Shown here: piece by piece, positions 8,708-18,767 of the stretch
How positions within the stretch are numbered: position 1 is the stretch's first letter
Layout: each line of letters opens with the position of its first letter
Source of the DNA: an uncultured archaeon
Lineage (GTDB): Archaea > Asgardarchaeota > Lokiarchaeia > Sigyniarchaeales > SOKP01
Length of the DNA: 64,000 nucleotides
NCBI GenBank assembly: GCA_964525635.1
Contig: CAZGJX010000007.1
Coordinates: forward strand, 1,250 to 65,249
Direction: 5' to 3'
Notes under the pieces: generated by a model
The model's input: only the letters and a program-made list of their open reading frames with translations
Database searches by the model: none
What the model was told of the DNA's origin: nothing
Translations under genes and position numbers: made by a program

Positions 8708-8908
8708 ATTATAATCCCAATACGCTGTTTCTCATGTGGAAAACTTATTGCACATACATATAGACCTTATTTAGAATATTTAGAAAGAGGAGAAAGTTCT
8801 GAGAAAGCTTATGAGGAACTTGGTATAAAAAGATTCTGTTGTAAACGTATGATTGTTGCTCATGTTGATTTAATAGATGATTTACTTAAATTCCCTCGAT
8901 TACAATAA
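8708..8908 (+). CDS. rpoN: DNA-directed RNA polymerase subunit N (Rpo10); apparent ATT start
   Basis: Manual translation gives (ATT)IIPIRCFSCGKLIAHTYRPYLEYLERGESSEKAYEELGIKRFCCKRMIVAHVDLIDDLLKFPRLQ*. An in-frame TAA sits at 8690-8692, and there is no ATG/GTG/TTG before the zinc-binding CFSCG. Not in the ORF track. Confidence 0.85.
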   Translation: MIIPIRCFSCGKLIAHTYRPYLEYLERGESSEKAYEELGIKRFCCKRMIVAHVDLIDDLLKFPRLQ

Positions 8909-9072
8909 AATATAATTAAAAAAAAAACTTCTTTTTTAACTCTTATTGAAAATAAGTTAACTGTATCTTTATTTAATGAATCTAAATTAACTTTATAATA
9001 TATTGAATAAATAACTTAATTTTGAAATCAAATATAAAAGACTTTTAAAAAAAGATAGATTTCAATATTACT

Positions 9073-9255
9073 TTATTGTTTACCATAATGTCTTGTCCAA
9101 CGGGTTTTTCGAGGATTCTTCTTATAATTTAATAAAGATTTTCTACATTTATTTGTGCAGAAATGATAAATTGTGCCATCTCGCTTAATAAACATAACAC
9201 CTCGTCCAATTGGAATACGATATCCGCAGAAAGAACAATCTTTTTCTTTTACCAT
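9073..9255 (-). CDS. rpl24e: 50S ribosomal protein L24e
   Basis: CSFCGYRIPIGRGVMFIKRDGTIYHFCTNKCRKSL is an L24e zinc-ribbon signature. Confidence 0.9.
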   Translation of the reverse strand: MVKEKDCSFCGYRIPIGRGVMFIKRDGTIYHFCTNKCRKSLLNYKKNPRKTRWTRHYGKQ

Positions 9256-9352
9256 TTTTATTCACCTTTAACTAAAATACCTAATACGCAATAATTTCCA
9301 GAGCATCCCATTTTTATTTTTTTCTAATATATATTTATTCTTTTAAAAAAAA

Positions 9353-9760
9353 TTACTCTTCTTTGTTAGCAGTAAAAAGTTCAGCTTCCCCATATTTTAT
9401 AACTTTTAGATTCACTAATGTCATATCTGAAGTAACTTCATTACCACGTACAGTTCTTCTTCTTTTTTCTCCTTTTCTTTGTGGATGATATCCTATTCCT
9501 CTCTTAGAAAGAAAAATTCTCTTTTTTACAGGACCATGTACATCTTTTCTCATGGGAAATCCACTTGAATCTGATCCGCCTGTAATTGCGAATTCATAAT
9601 TAGGAAATCCAATTAATCCACCATTTACAGTATCTCCAATCTTTAATCCTTCTAATCTATGGAATCTTTTTTCATCAATTGATATCTTTTTAGATGAGCC
9701 TTTAGCTAGACCATCTAAAGCGGATATATTTAATTTATAAACTGTTTTTTCTGAAGACAT
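9353..9760 (-). CDS. rps6e: 30S ribosomal protein S6e
   Basis: YEFAITGGSDSSGFPMRKDVHGPVKKRIFLS..GIGYHPQRKGEKRRRTVRGNEV is an S6e signature. Confidence 0.9.
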   Translation of the reverse strand: MSSEKTVYKLNISALDGLAKGSSKKISIDEKRFHRLEGLKIGDTVNGGLIGFPNYEFAITGGSDSSGFPMRKDVHGPVKKRIFLSKRGIGYHPQRKGEKRRRTVRGNEVTSDMTLVNLKVIKYGEAELFTANKEE

Positions 9761-9996
9761 ATTGCTATTTTACCGATCTTTCAAAAGTATAATTAATTTT
9801 GAAAATGTTTAAAAATTTAAATATTTTATTGATTTGAGAGCTAGAATAATTTTTATTCATGAATTTATTGTTTGATTACAATTTCAAAATATTTATTCAA
9901 TTCTTAAGTAATGGTAATTTAATATAAATGAGTATTCGAAGATATATAAAATTAAAAAAATATAAAAATTATTAAATAGATTTTTAAATATATCCT

Positions 9997-10782
9997 ATGC
10001 AAGTTTTTGAAGTTTACGAGTTAAAGGATTTTCCTTATATGATAACTAAGGAAATGATCAATTTACCCGAAAATACAATCGTTGATAATGTCATTAACAA
10101 GGAAAACAGTGAAAATGTTTATATAATAATAGATCACAACTCAAAAAGGATTTGGACTTATAATGGTCAAAAAAGTAGTTTTAAATTGCAAATTTATGGT
10201 GGAATCTTAGCTGGCATGTTTCGAAAACAACTTCGTTTATTTTATAGAATTTATGCACTTAATAAGTATGATCAAAAACATGAAACATTCAAAGAATTAA
10301 TGGCAAAGACTTTATTACCTGGGATAGCGAAGGAGATCACTGAGAAAGATTTTCCTAGTATTTTAAATGAAAATATAATACCCCAAGAATTATCTGTCCA
10401 TCCCGGATTAAAAATCAAGGCTGCTCTTGAGCAAATCAGTGAATTACCAATGCCTAATGATTTTTTTCAAAAATTCTTAATCACAGGAGTAAATATTTAT
10501 ACATATGAAGAAATTATAGATAGTTTTATTCCAGAAGAAAAAAAAATAAATAAACTAATCAAATTGGGTCGTTTAAATGATGGATTTACTATTTTTGATG
10601 ATAATGATTATTCAATAAGATTAGTTATTAATAAGAGAAATATTCAAGGGATTGAGCTTTTTTTACATAAAGAAAAACAAAAACCTGCATTTGATTTGAA
10701 GATTCCTGTTATTTATGATGAAAGGTTCAATAAAAAAAGAAATGTTAATGATCTTTTGAAAGCATTTAAGATCCCCAAATAA
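9997..10782 (+). CDS. hypothetical protein; weak gelsolin-like motif in the N-terminal half
   Basis: ORF of 261 aa. The segment NVYIIIDHNSKRIWTYNGQKSSFKLQIYGGILAGMFRKQL resembles the gelsolin-repeat core pattern (D.yIld....iyvW.G..s...e...a...a). This rests on motif recollection only. Confidence 0.3.
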   Translation: MQVFEVYELKDFPYMITKEMINLPENTIVDNVINKENSENVYIIIDHNSKRIWTYNGQKSSFKLQIYGGILAGMFRKQLRLFYRIYALNKYDQKHETFKELMAKTLLPGIAKEITEKDFPSILNENIIPQELSVHPGLKIKAALEQISELPMPNDFFQKFLITGVNIYTYEEIIDSFIPEEKKINKLIKLGRLNDGFTIFDDNDYSIRLVINKRNIQGIELFLHKEKQKPAFDLKIPVIYDERFNKKRNVNDLLKAFKIPK

Positions 10783-10816
10783 ATTATAAAAGATATATAT
10801 CTATTTTTCTGGAAAG

Positions 10817-12166
10817 ATGGTTTTATTAATTAATCCAAAAACAACAAAAGCTTCTGAATCTAAACGTGTATTTTTTAGGGAACCAAATACAGGTCTACTT
10901 TATCTAGCAGCAATTTTAGACCTTAATGATATTTTCGTAGAGATTATCGATCTTGAGCAATTCTCAGATTTAAATCAAAAAGATATAGAAAAAATTATCG
11001 AAAATATCTCAATTAATCACAAAATTTTTGGAATTACCTCCCTCACTAATACATTTCAAGGAGCAATGGCTATTGCAAAAATTATAAAAAAAATCAATCC
11101 CAATAATTATATAATATTTGGTGGACCACATGTTTCATTTTTATATGAAGATATATTGAAAAAAGATTATTATGAAGAAAAATTAATAGATTTTATTTGC
11201 ATAGGCGAAGCAGAAAGAAATTTTGTACAATTAGTTAAATTAATTTTAAAAAATAATTGTAAAAATATTAAGAACACCTCTAATTTTGTGCATAAAATCA
11301 ATTCTATAGAAGGAATTAGTTATATCAAATCGAAAGGAAAATTTAAATTCACAGGAACTCAAACAGAAATTATTAATTTAACCAATTTACCTCTCCCCGC
11401 ACGTTATAAATTAAATCCTATTAATTATGATTATACTGTGGCGAATGTAATTATTAATAGAGGATGTCCCAATAAATGTTCTTTTTGCTCAAGACAAAAT
11501 TTATTTAAAACAACGAGATTAAGAGAAATAAATTCAATAAAAACAGAAATTAGGGATATAAAATCTTTACAATCTTACAATTTCATCAATTTTTATGATA
11601 ACATAAACATTAATTCTGATTTTTTTGCAGAATTTTGTAATATGTTAAAAAAAGATGAATTTAAAATACCTTGGGGATGTGAAATTCGAATTGATAATCT
11701 TACAGAAAATCACGCGAAATTATTAAAAAATGCTAATTGTCAGATCGTTGCAACTGGTATAGAATCAGCAAATAAAGAAGTTTTAAAAAAGAATTTTAAA
11801 TATCAAAATCCTAACCATGTAAAAAGAGGTATTCATTATATTAAAAAATATAATATACCAGTTCAAGCTTATTTTGTTCTAGGTTTACCTGGTGAAACGG
11901 AGGAATCATTTCAAGAGACGATAGAATTTATCAAAAATTTACCCTTTACTAAATATGATAAAATAAACTATTTCATGGCAACACCCTATCCTGGCTCTAA
12001 ACTATGGAATAAAAGTGATTATTTTGGCATAAAAATTAAGGATTTCAATTTCTTAAATTATGATTGTGAACATATTATATTCGAAACAAATGAATTGAAA
12101 AAAAAAATGTTAGAAAGGATGCTTAAAGAGGCGAAAGAGATAGAATCATATTTCAATAGGAAATGA
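10817..12166 (+). CDS. B12-binding-domain radical SAM protein
   Basis: CX3CX2C cluster INRGCPNKCSFCS. N-terminal Rossmann-like B12-binding-type region (FGITSL...IIFGGPHVSF). Confidence 0.75.
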   Translation: MVLLINPKTTKASESKRVFFREPNTGLLYLAAILDLNDIFVEIIDLEQFSDLNQKDIEKIIENISINHKIFGITSLTNTFQGAMAIAKIIKKINPNNYIIFGGPHVSFLYEDILKKDYYEEKLIDFICIGEAERNFVQLVKLILKNNCKNIKNTSNFVHKINSIEGISYIKSKGKFKFTGTQTEIINLTNLPLPARYKLNPINYDYTVANVIINRGCPNKCSFCSRQNLFKTTRLREINSIKTEIRDIKSLQSYNFINFYDNININSDFFAEFCNMLKKDEFKIPWGCEIRIDNLTENHAKLLKNANCQIVATGIESANKEVLKKNFKYQNPNHVKRGIHYIKKYNIPVQAYFVLGLPGETEESFQETIEFIKNLPFTKYDKINYFMATPYPGSKLWNKSDYFGIKIKDFNFLNYDCEHIIFETNELKKKMLERMLKEAKEIESYFNRK

Positions 12167-12355
12167 TATTCTTGATATTCATGATATCTGTTAGGATATA
12201 AAATCTTTAATTTAAAAAAGCAATTCTTAATCTCTACAAAATTTAAAAAACAATTCTAATTTATATCTAGTGTATTACTAGAAAAATATATCATTTAAAA
12301 TAATCAGAATATAAACTAAAAAATAGTAAAAGTTAAAATTAAAAGTATAAGAATT

Positions 12356-13663
12356 ATGCCAACTAAAACAGATTTTTATATTGGAGAAGCTCTAATTGGT
12401 GAAGCTCCTGATCTTGCTCACCTTGATGTTATGATAGGATCTAAATTTGGACCTGTAGGATATGCATTTTCACAAAGCCTTAGTCAACCTTCAATGGGCC
12501 ACGGAAGTCTTTTAGCTGTTATTAGACCAAATCTCTGTCCAAAACCTCAAACACTTATTATCCCTAAAGTAACTATAAGCAATATGGAACATGCAAATAA
12601 GATCTTTGGTCCTGCACAAGCTGCCGTTGCTAAAGCTGTAGCAGACTGTGTAGAGGAAGGAATAATTCCTATAAATAAAGTAGATGAATGGGTTGTCATT
12701 GTAAATGTTTTTATTCATCCTGAAGCCGATAATTATAGAAGAATCTATCGATATAATTATGGTGCTACTAAATTAGCCATCAGACGAGCTTTAGAAAATT
12801 ATCCTCCAATTAAGAAAATATTTTATGATAAAGATAGAGCTAAACATCCTGTAGCTGGAATAAAGGCCCCTAAATTATGGAGACCGCCCTATTTACAAAT
12901 AGCTCTTGATCATCCATCTAAAGAACATCAAGCTAAAGTTTTAAAAGATTTACCAAAAAGTGATAGAATTATATTAGAAGTCGGTACGCCCTTCCTTAAA
13001 AAGTATGGGATGGAAGCTATCACACAAATTCGCGAACTCGCCCCAAATAAATATATTGTTGCCGATCTTAAAACATTAGATGTGGGTAAGTTAGAAGTAG
13101 ATGATGCATTTAAAGCAACTGCTGATGGAGTTGTTTGCAGTGGATTAGCATCATCAGCATCAATAGATAAATTCCTCTTGGAAGCTGAAAGAATGGGAAT
13201 AGATGGAATTATTGATATGATGGAAGTTGTTGATCCTGTTGAAAAATTAAAAAATTTAAAACAAATACCCCGTGTTGTGATTCTTCATAGAGGAATAGAT
13301 GCTGAACAATCTACTACAATGTCCGGTTCGGATGCTGAACAAAAAAAGAAATGGGGGTTTGTTCCTAGAATTAAAGAACTGTATCATGATAAAAAGTTTG
13401 CAAGTGGAAGAGATAGGGTATTGGTTGCTGTTGCCGGAGGAATCTCCCCTGAGACAGCTAATGATGCAGTAGCAGTGGGAGCAGATATTCTAATAGTTGG
13501 CCGTTTTATTACCTCAAGTAAGGATATAAAGAATTCTACAAGAAGAATGATTAACTTACTACCTGGATTTTCTGATATTGATTTAAAGAGAATTCACGTA
13601 GAAGATGATGATGATAGTGCTTTAACTAAACAAATAAAAGAAGATAATTCTCATCCTTCTTAA
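12356..13663 (+). CDS. fae-hps: bifunctional formaldehyde-activating enzyme / 3-hexulose-6-phosphate synthase (Fae-Hps)
   Basis: N-terminal Fae pattern YIGEALIGEAPDLAHLDVMIGSKFGPVGYAF. C-terminal OMPDC-like HPS region (LQIALDHP, VADLKTLDVG, VAVAGGI, IVGRFIT). Confidence 0.8.
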   Translation: MPTKTDFYIGEALIGEAPDLAHLDVMIGSKFGPVGYAFSQSLSQPSMGHGSLLAVIRPNLCPKPQTLIIPKVTISNMEHANKIFGPAQAAVAKAVADCVEEGIIPINKVDEWVVIVNVFIHPEADNYRRIYRYNYGATKLAIRRALENYPPIKKIFYDKDRAKHPVAGIKAPKLWRPPYLQIALDHPSKEHQAKVLKDLPKSDRIILEVGTPFLKKYGMEAITQIRELAPNKYIVADLKTLDVGKLEVDDAFKATADGVVCSGLASSASIDKFLLEAERMGIDGIIDMMEVVDPVEKLKNLKQIPRVVILHRGIDAEQSTTMSGSDAEQKKKWGFVPRIKELYHDKKFASGRDRVLVAVAGGISPETANDAVAVGADILIVGRFITSSKDIKNSTRRMINLLPGFSDIDLKRIHVEDDDDSALTKQIKEDNSHPS

Positions 13664-13666
13664 TAC

Positions 13667-13677
13667 TTCTTTTTTTT
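13667..13677 (+). terminator. T-tract putative archaeal terminator after fae-hps
   Basis: Run of 8 T (13670-13677) within 15 nt of the stop codon. Confidence 0.35.
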
Positions 13678-14014
13678 AAATCAATACAAATTTGTTTAAT
13701 ATTTAATACTTTTATTTTTACGATAGTTCTATATTTTCATCCTAATATTTTTCTTATTTTATTTTCCTTAATGTTATTTTTTTTAAATTCTAAATTAAAC
13801 GAATCATAACATGAAAGATTTTTATATATTATCGATAAATATAACATAATTACGAATTAAATGAATTTTATTATAAGAATTTAAACAAATCAAAAAACTC
13901 TAATTATGTATAAAATAAGGATATAAAATTACCTTAAAAAAAAAGGATTTATATAATTATTTTCTATTTTAAATCAATATATTCTACAATTAAATAATAT
14001 ACTATTAGGAAGAG

Positions 14015-14401
14015 TTAGGCAAATAATTCTAAAAAATATGCTGTAATCCCGAAGAAATCGCTATCATTGAGATTCTCTGCATTTCCCTCTAATTTTAAAA
14101 CGATACTTCCAAATTCATCATAAATTTCATTCTTATTTTCTGAAAATTTACAGATAAGCGTATCATCGAAAGAAAGAATTTTACCTTCTTTTAAAGTACC
14201 TTGTACTAGGCCCTCTGGCCAAGTAATAACACCATCATCTTTTAGTATAAGTAATAGATTTCCTTTGTTATCCTTATACTCTCTTCCATCCAATTCAGCA
14301 GCTAACTTCTTTTTTTTGTTTAAATACTTTTTACCATCGATATATCCAATTATTTTCTCTTTTTTATATCTATAGTCATATACTTCAATCATGAAATTCA
14401 C
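14015..14401 (-). CDS. hypothetical protein (128 aa)
   Basis: ORF only. Confidence 0.35.
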   Translation of the reverse strand: MNFMIEVYDYRYKKEKIIGYIDGKKYLNKKKKLAAELDGREYKDNKGNLLLILKDDGVITWPEGLVQGTLKEGKILSFDDTLICKFSENKNEIYDEFGSIVLKLEGNAENLNDSDFFGITAYFLELFA

Positions 14402-14468
14402 ATTAAATTATGATAATTAATGGTATGACTTTCTAATATTAAATAATTACTTTTTTTTAATCTTGAAT

Positions 14469-14927
14469 TTATTTTAGAATAACAAGAAGAGAACAGTTAT
14501 TTCCTCCTTGAAGAATTGATTTTTTTAATACTACTTCAACATGTCTTCTTAAAGATTGTTCAAAATTCTCTTTAAGATTAAAAACTGAACAATTACATAA
14601 AACTGGCGAATTAATGAAATCAAGCTTAACTAAATCACATTCACATTTTGAATATGTAACTCTAATTTGTTTATCTCCAATTTTCTCAAATTTGGTTCCT
14701 GGTAATTTCTTCTCTAAATTTTTGAGAAAGGAATCATAATTAGGATTTTCTTTTAGTGCTTCTTGAAATTTTTTCACGGTGTAAGAATTTGCACAAGCTT
14801 TTCCACATTCTTGAAGTATTTTATTCTGTATATCTTTCTTCAAACTTTCAAGACTATCAATAAAGCCTGAATACCAATGTTTGAAAAAATTTTTTAACGT
14901 ATCATTTAATTCTGACATTATTTTCAA
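14469..14927 (-). CDS. hypothetical Cys-rich protein (152 aa)
   Basis: ORF with clustered cysteines (CGKAC, CECD, LCNCS, NNCS) suggesting a metal or Fe-S site. Family not recognised. Confidence 0.4.
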   Translation of the reverse strand: MKIMSELNDTLKNFFKHWYSGFIDSLESLKKDIQNKILQECGKACANSYTVKKFQEALKENPNYDSFLKNLEKKLPGTKFEKIGDKQIRVTYSKCECDLVKLDFINSPVLCNCSVFNLKENFEQSLRRHVEVVLKKSILQGGNNCSLLVILK

Positions 14928-15070
14928 TTTATTTTAAAATTTATTATGCTCTAAACTTAATTATAACATAACACACTTTATGATTTAAAATAATATGAAT
15001 TAATGAATATATTAGATTCAATTTAGAATTAGACTAATAAATTAAATAAAAAAAAAGATTTAAATTGTAG

Positions 15071-15877
15071 TATCGATTAGAAAATGGGATTAAGATATAT
15101 TTTGAAATAATCGGCACTGGAAAACCAATATTAATGATTCATGGAATGATCCCTGATCATCAAGTAATGAAAGGTTGTATGGAATCAATATTTCAAAAAA
15201 GAAACGGATGGAAACGCATTTATTTTGATTTGCTTGGTATGGGCAAGACTAAAGGTAGGTAATGGATACAAACTAATGATGATATTTTGATTATTGTCTT
15301 AGAATTTATTGATGCAATTTTGGGAAAAAACTCAATTTTTTTAATTATTGGAGAATCCTATGGAGGTTATTTAGCTAGGGGAGTGTTAAAAAGGAAATTT
15401 AATTTAGTGGATGGTTTATTGTCAATATGTCCAAATATTGATAATAAAAAAGAAAACCTCTCTAAAAATCAGGTCTTTAAGAGAGCAATATATTTTGAAG
15501 AGTTCATTTCTAAAATTGATAGAGAAAGATTTTAATCCATTTCAGTACTTCATGATAAGCATAATTGGGAACGATTTAATAAAGAAGTGTTATCTGGAAT
15601 AAATGGAGCTGATTTTGAACTAATTGAGAGGTTGAATAAAAAATTTTGTTTTTCATTTGAAATTGATAATGATATTTATGAAAAACCATCTTTATTCATA
15701 TTTGGAAGGCAAGATAATATTGTAGGATATAATAGTGTTTGGAATATTCTTGACAATTATCCTAGAGCTACTTTAGCGATACTTGATGTTGCTGGAAATG
15801 CACTTCAAATAGAACAAGAAGAGTTATTTAATTATCTTTTTTTTGAATGGTTAGATCGTATCGAAAATAAAAAATAA
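15071..15877 (+). pseudogene. alpha/beta-hydrolase gene interrupted by two in-frame TAA codons (15260-15262, 15533-15535)
   Basis: All three pieces are in one frame: NGIKIYFEIIGTGKPILMIHGM...GMGKTKGR*WIQTNDD...IIGESYGGYLA (GxSxG)...IDRERF*SISVLHDKHNWERF...FGRQDNIVG...VAGNALQIEQ. There is no in-frame ATG at the 5' end (ATG 15084 is out of frame). The expected catalytic GH reads GN. Confidence 0.6.
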
Positions 15878-16003
15878 GAAGTGATAGTTTATACTGACCA
15901 ATGATCCTCAATAAAATAGAAAAAGATCTCCTAATTTTAAAGGACCTTGTTTGTACCTATATATATAAAATTAAAAATAAAGGTAAAAAAAAATAGCTAA
16001 TTA

Positions 16004-18271
16004 TTACTTAATTGGTCTGCTATTAGCTTGAAAGATGGGTCCGATAAAACCCGCATATAATTTAGCGTAGAGCATCTGATCACTAACAATACTAATCATT
16101 TCAGACTCTTTATCTGTATGGGGTGCAATAATTACTTCTTCGGCATCTCTTGTAACAGCGAAAAATTCACCTGCTTGTGATAATTGGCGGAATTGAATAT
16201 TTCCTAATAGTTTCATCTTGTTAATGATACCTCCATAAGCATTCATATCCCAATGGCTGGTAAGCATAAATCTTACTGCTTTCTTTTGAAATGCTATTTC
16301 AGAAATAACTTGTAAAATTTCAGGCACAACAACTGGCATTACAATAATAATAGAGGATTTTGTTCTGTATATTGCATCTTTTATACAAGCTACTAATGCT
16401 TTTTTTCCCATTGTATGCCAAGTTGTAACTTTTGAAATTTCAGGAATAGCCCTTGATGCATTGAAAATATCTGTTAGTTTTTCTTCAGTTAATTCCGCTT
16501 TTTCTGTTGCATCATCAATTGAATTCATAAATTCAAGAGTAAAGTCAGCAATTGCATCTTTAGTGCTTTGAGTATTATCATTTATTGTCTGAGTGAGACT
16601 ATTTTGTAATGTAGTTGCATTTAATTTATATTTTGCTTTATGATCTTCAAGCATTTCACTTAGATTTTGATTCATATCCTTAGATTCATTATCCCAGAAA
16701 TTAATACTCCCATTAATTTTATCTGATACATTTCTATTAGCATCATTGAATTTAGTATCTACATCTCTAGTCCATCCTTCATTTTTTCTCTTAATTTCGG
16801 TATCAAAATCGGTATAATGCTTTAAACTACCATCTTTATGGCGATTTATAGCATCATCATATTGAGTATGATGTGTTTTTATGGAGTTTTCCAAAGAATC
16901 TTTAAGTTTAGTAGTAGTATTGGAACAATCATCTACACCCCCTTGAAGAGTATTATCAATTTCTTTTGTTAAGTCAGTTGCTAGATTTTCTAATTGGGCA
17001 TTTAATGTTTCTTGAGCCTCTTGATCCAAATCTTTCGTTTCTGAGGCTAATCCATTATTTTCAGAAGAAATAATTTTACTTAATTCGGATTTGCTTGTAT
17101 TTGTCGTTTCTTTATTTGTTTTTATAAATTCTTCGCTCTCTTTTATGAATTCTTTCTTCATAGGCTTAGAATATTTAAGAATATCTTCTTTTACTTGAGA
17201 ATATCTTGCTTTATACTTTTTATGTTTCCCAAGAAATAGTGACTTAAAAGCAGCACCTCTACCTGAAAGATCATCAGCAAGGTCGCTGAATCTATTAGAT
17301 ATTTCAAGTAAATTATCTATTAATTTTACAGTAGTTTCTTTAAAATTAGTTGTTTGTTTTGCAACAATATCATGACGTTCATCTAACTTAGATTTTAAAT
17401 CTTTTTCCAGCGTATCTGTTGTATTTTTCAAATGATTTATATGCACGCTTAATAATTTTGATATTTTTTCCTTCAATTCTTTTATTATTTTATCCATTCT
17501 CTCAAGATATTTTTCAAGAATCATTTCCATTTTTGGTTTTAGATCACTAGAAATCTTTTCATGCCTTACAACATGTTCGTCTAAATCATTTTTAAGTTCT
17601 GCTTCTAATTTATTTACTCTTTCGGAAAAATCCTTCAATAAATCAGAAATTATTTTTGTTATATCAGTCTTGGTACTGTTAATTTCAGATTCATTTTCAT
17701 TGACAAAACTATTAGAAATCGTTTTTAAATCAGAATTTAGAGTGTTCATTATTTGATGTAGATTTGTTTCAAGGATTTTTTCTGTGTTAGTAAATTTTTG
17801 TCTAGCACTAGTTATTCTTGTTTCTTTATTTTTATTTTTAAGGTCAGAATCTTCAAAGAAATGTTTTATTTGGGAATCTACTGCATCATCTACTTCTTTG
17901 ATGCTCTTAGTTTGAATCCCCTCCAATTTTTCAAATCGACTTGACTGATCCTTTAAAACCCTATCTTTAATATCTGCAATTGCAACTCGAAAAGTCTCAG
18001 ACTCTGTGTTAAATAACTCAAAATAAGGTTCAAGAGGAATATATCTCTTGACTATACCATTAATCTCCTTCAAGAAACCATTATCAACAAATTTATTTGT
18101 GACTTCGACAACCCTTTCATAAGTTATCTCTTTTCCTTCTGCGTCTTCTAAATGATAAAAGACCTCACTTACAGTAGCTCTTGGAACTCTTAAATAAACT
18201 AAATAAACATCAATTTCATCTTCTGTAAGACCATATCTTGTAAAAATCTTTTTTGTAAATTCTTTTAACAT
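16004..18271 (-). CDS. TrmB-family transcriptional regulator with ~500-aa helical/coiled-coil insert
   Basis: N-terminal TrmB wHTH (YGLTEDEIDVYLVYLRVPRATVSEVFYHL). Long low-complexity helical middle. The C-terminal ~140 aa resemble the TrmB C-terminal domain (SSIIIVMPVV...FMLTSHWD...FAVTRDAEEVIIAP). Confidence 0.6.
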   Translation of the reverse strand: MLKEFTKKIFTRYGLTEDEIDVYLVYLRVPRATVSEVFYHLEDAEGKEITYERVVEVTNKFVDNGFLKEINGIVKRYIPLEPYFELFNTESETFRVAIADIKDRVLKDQSSRFEKLEGIQTKSIKEVDDAVDSQIKHFFEDSDLKNKNKETRITSARQKFTNTEKILETNLHQIMNTLNSDLKTISNSFVNENESEINSTKTDITKIISDLLKDFSERVNKLEAELKNDLDEHVVRHEKISSDLKPKMEMILEKYLERMDKIIKELKEKISKLLSVHINHLKNTTDTLEKDLKSKLDERHDIVAKQTTNFKETTVKLIDNLLEISNRFSDLADDLSGRGAAFKSLFLGKHKKYKARYSQVKEDILKYSKPMKKEFIKESEEFIKTNKETTNTSKSELSKIISSENNGLASETKDLDQEAQETLNAQLENLATDLTKEIDNTLQGGVDDCSNTTTKLKDSLENSIKTHHTQYDDAINRHKDGSLKHYTDFDTEIKRKNEGWTRDVDTKFNDANRNVSDKINGSINFWDNESKDMNQNLSEMLEDHKAKYKLNATTLQNSLTQTINDNTQSTKDAIADFTLEFMNSIDDATEKAELTEEKLTDIFNASRAIPEISKVTTWHTMGKKALVACIKDAIYRTKSSIIIVMPVVVPEILQVISEIAFQKKAVRFMLTSHWDMNAYGGIINKMKLLGNIQFRQLSQAGEFFAVTRDAEEVIIAPHTDKESEMISIVSDQMLYAKLYAGFIGPIFQANSRPIK

Positions 18272-18767
18272 AGAAATTACTCCGTATTTCTTATTAAAAA
18301 TTTAAAAATCGAAATTCAATTTTAATTAAAGGTTGAATAGTTAATAATATTTTTAAATTTATCACTTAAAAATTTAAGTTATAGGGTATTTTTTTATGTT
18401 CTCCCTCTAAATTCTATATTTGATTTTAAAAAAAAGAATTTGACTTAAATTTATGGCAATTTCTTAAAAAATCCAAAAAGATTACCTCAGATCTTTTTAA
18501 TTAGATAAATTTTATTAGTTAAATTCATTTTAATAATTGGTATACCCAATATAAAAGAATTATAGGTTTTTATTTACCCTTTTTTTTATTATAGCTATAA
18601 ATGTTAACATAAAGTTGATAATAACCAATGAAATTCTTCAATTTTAAATGTAAAAAAAAAATCTTATTTTATATAAATAGTTGATTTATTAACTTGAAAT
18701 TTATGGGAAAGATTGTCCCTCAATGCTTTAAATATAGAATTGATTTATTTTTATTAAAACAAATGAT

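Noticed and set aside
15411-15602. ORF 15411-15602(+) overlapping the alpha/beta-hydrolase fragments in another frame.
   Set aside because: The hydrolase frame carries recognisable motifs across this stretch. The alternative frame gives a low-complexity product and is best explained as a chance ORF.
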